Positions 61,501 through 64,000 of a stretch of DNA of 64,000 bases are shown here, piece by piece. Origin of the DNA: Bispira polyomma. Taxonomy: Eukaryota. The notes under the pieces were generated by a model. That model did not search any database, was not told the origin of the DNA, and saw only the letters and a list, made by a program, of their open reading frames with translations. A program made the translations under genes and the position numbers. Every line of letters starts with the position of its first letter. Within the stretch, counting starts at the first letter, position 1. The DNA lies in assembly GCA_965649765.1 (NCBI GenBank), contig OZ287748.1, positions 68,386,001 through 68,450,000 of the forward strand. Direction: 5' to 3'.

Positions 61501-63911
61501 ACAGGAATACAATTACCTATAATATATTTTGTTAGACAGAATAGACAAATTTTATATAGTTTTACAAGACACAGATTATAATTCTGGTGAAAAAAATGTG
61601 AAACAGGTCTCATTAAATGTGATCTTTTGGATTAAAACATTTAAAACAAATATCATTGTATCATATTGTAAACAATATATCCAAAATAGGCTCTTTTGCG
61701 TGAAGATTTACATAACAGAAGCCTATTGCTGTGTTTTCTACAATAGTAACTATTTTAAGACTTTCTTGAAATCTCTTTCTCCCAAATCTTTTTCTTGTCT
61801 ACAGACAGTAGAATACCTACTATCGAAATAAATTTTCGATTCAGTGAATGGTTCTTATTTTTTTCTAAAAACCATGCTTTTTAAAAAAAAATTATAGTAA
61901 AGATCAACATTACTTAATTTTTTATTTCCAACATAAATTGTCATGATTCCAAATTAATATAAGATTGGAAGTTCTGCAGTAAAAGTTAAAGGTAACAGTT
62001 AAACAGAAATTTGTTGGTACATTGTAACCTCTTTTATCTAAATATGTTGGCACAGCATGATTTCGTTTGGATATTGGAAAGCTTATCAAACAGAGGAGCC
62101 ATTTATAGACTAAAACAATATAAAATGGCTGGTGATCAGAAGGTCTTCGGTTTGACTCCTTCTAATGCTGCTAGGTTTATTGGCGGGATAACATCCTTGG
62201 GCAAGATGTGAACACACCATTGCCTACTGATGACGACCCATGATTTGTTGATTGATTTGGTTGTTGCGTTTTAGAAGATGCCTCAGATAATCAGAGGTTC
62301 TGGATGTTACTAATAAAGTTTTTGTTTGTATCTACCTGTGTCCCAATACCCAGGGTAATCAGCATTAAGAAGAAGAGTATCGCCCACAATGGAGATACCG
62401 GTAATCTGGTCACTACTTCTGGGTACACAATAAAGGCCAACCCTGGACCTGAGAAAGGAAAACAGTATATTGTGTACTGGGTAAAAGCTTCTGAAACAAA
62501 ACACAGCATCAGAGATGCCAAAACCATACAATCTTTGGGTAAAATCATGCCAGGACATTGCACACATACACTGACTAAGGAATATTTGTTCAAAATATAA
62601 ACCTAAGGTCTCAATCTTAAGCAGCTTTAAACTGCACCTTATGTTGACCTGGCAGGATTAGAGAGACAGGTGTATAGAGATAAAGAGTAAAATATTGCCT
62701 AAAAACATAAAAGTGTCTTAAAAGACTTCCTAGCTTATATAGTCAAACCCTTTTATGTCGAATTTCATGGAACCACAAAAATGTGTTCTACTTAACAGGA
62801 ATTCTACATAACAGGGTAAATTTTAATCACAAATATAGCAAAGGGACCTTGTAATACCTTCTACTTTACAGGTCACAGAACACAGTTCTACTCAGAGAAG
62901 TTTGACTGTATATGTACACTTCAACCACTTTAAGTCGAACCTCAAGGGACCAGTAGAAGTATTTTCCCTTACCAAGGTAGATTTTAAAAGAAAAGGCCCA
63001 CATAAGAGGAACATTGAGTTATACTTAAGGGGGTTTCACTGTATATAATTCTAAAACGCTAAATATTATGCGTCTAAAAGTCTAAAACTAAAACAGCTAT
63101 ATTTGGTGTCTACTATCTGCAGCAGTGAAAATGAAATCTGTTTCAGCAAAGAATCAGTGTGTGTGTGTGGGAAGGGAAGGGAAGGTACAAAGCTGTGCTA
63201 GTTTAAGGGACTCTTTGATGTGTAAACTTTATTAAAGGCATACATTATACATACACAAGCCTATACTTAAGAGATACAATCATGTACATTATAAAACTCA
63301 AAACAAGTTTTGACCAGGAAAAAGTCTTCTCAAATATAAAGATAATGCAATAAAGTTTATCAAAAGCCAAATAATAATATAATCATCAGATCTGCATTCA
63401 GTTATTTATGAATTACTATATTCTGCAAATCTCACCTTTGTTGTTTGATCAATATGTTCAGACTACACTGTTTGGCTTGTAATTACAACCACATCTGTCA
63501 AAATGTATCTGAGCTGATATTCTGTAATGTATACTCAGCTCAAACTTATACTCAACTCAAATCTGGATTCTCTATAACTCAGGATACAGTAAACATATAA
63601 TAATCTAAATTCTGACTTCATGTTTGAATTCAGTGTTAAAAGCTCTATTGAAATGAATGGTCACAAGTATAGGTTATTTTTATGTGCAAGGTTTTCCACA
63701 CAGCCTATATTTGAGTTGAGTATAAGTTTAGGCATGAGTTTATTTCGAGAATATCAGCCTAGTTGTTTTATGTGTGGGACATTTACCTTCATCTAACACC
63801 TTATCGATGTCTGTGTCCAGTTCATGTGCCATAAAACCAATGATAGAAAAGATAACAAGCCCCGCAAACAGTGACGTCAGACAGTCTCCAACAGTAACAA
63901 TGTAAGCATCT
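55359..63911 (-). CDS. SLC6 neurotransmitter/amino-acid transporter, GlyT-like, 3' part: complement(join(55359..55562,56503..56676,57680..57780,60040..60139,61349..61486,62336..62448,63787..63911)); 5' exons lie beyond the window
   Basis: Seven phase-compatible GT-AG exons: [23 protein letters not shown]; [11 protein letters not shown]....[21 protein letters not shown]; GG.Y.LQLMD.Y.AS; E.LALSWVYG; DI.LMLG....FWK.SW.FV.P; FP.WA..MGW; WGP. Confidence 0.95.
56503..56676 (-). CDS. SLC6 exon (TM11 to TM12): [10 protein letters not shown]...[24 protein letters not shown]...ILQ
   Basis: ctgacag|GGT ATT ... CTA CAG|gtaata; 174 nt. Confidence 0.92.
57680..57780 (-). CDS. SLC6 exon (IL5 to TM11): [34 protein letters not shown]; frame absent from ORF track
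   Basis: attcag|GC TTT GAT ... CTA GTG|gtatgt; 101 nt. Confidence 0.92.
58306..58674. mobile_element. MITE with long TIRs and ggtagaa subrepeats
   Basis: atatgtcatggtagaaagtc / gactttctaccatgacatat. Confidence 0.85.
59296..59670. repeat. 62-66-bp tandem repeat, 6 copies, each with an internal hairpin
   Basis: ctgaagctcaaatct.agtca.atagatctgactagagtgtagtcagatgaaatct. Confidence 0.9.
60040..60139 (-). CDS. SLC6 exon (TM10)
   Basis: tttcag|GGA GGG ATG ... TAT G|gtaagg; 100 nt. Confidence 0.93.
60754..61331. mobile_element. MITE with about 140-bp imperfect TIRs in an SLC6 intron
   Basis: cttacttggcgtggccgttttgacacccaa / ttgggtgtcaaaacggccacgccaagtaag perfect core; atttcgacacc / ggtgtcgaaat near the ends. 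Confidence 0.85.
61349..61486 (-). CDS. SLC6 exon (end of TM8 to TM9)
   Basis: tttcag|TTT GCT ... ACA CCG|gttagt; 138 nt. Confidence 0.92.
62336..62448 (-). CDS. SLC6 exon (EL4 to TM8)
   Basis: ttctcag|GT CCA GGG ... ACA CAG|gtagat; [11 protein letters not shown]; 113 nt. Confidence 0.95.
63787..63911 (-). CDS. SLC6 exon (TM7)
   Basis: tttcag|A GAT GCT ... GAA G|gtaaat; 125 nt. Confidence 0.93.
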
Positions 63912-64000
63912 CTGAAACACAAAGTAAATGATGCACAACACTGTTATATAGCCTACGTTTCCAGGCAGAAGACCGTTTCTGGCGATGGCTGACAACGGAT

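Overview
AT-rich, intron-containing animal DNA (GT-AG introns, tRNA-SINEs, MITEs, Helentron/HINE-like elements; an invertebrate such as a mollusc is my inference, not a database result). Three protein genes: (1) the last coding exon of a synaptotagmin-like C2B protein (+, 1650-1954); (2) a complete 8-coding-exon ferroportin/SLC40A1 homolog (+, 17812-34303, 603 aa by my splice model), probably with an extra upstream exon; (3) the last 7 coding exons of a GlyT-like SLC6 transporter (-, 63911 to 55359), convergent with ferroportin. Most interesting: the ferroportin has remodelled metal-binding positions (D39N, H43N, N212H, N144E, C326G, H507K in human numbering), no canonical IRE, and a candidate uORF-containing upstream exon adding a basic 29-aa N-terminal extension. 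The SLC6 has Asp at the TM7 Na1 Asn. A 52-copy 25-bp minisatellite with higher-order structure arose from the 5' end of a dispersed element, and a fold-back element built from two 3' ends of a Tc1 transposon lies downstream of ferroportin. Most entries in the ORF track are spurious. All alignments were done by eye against reference sequences recalled from memory.
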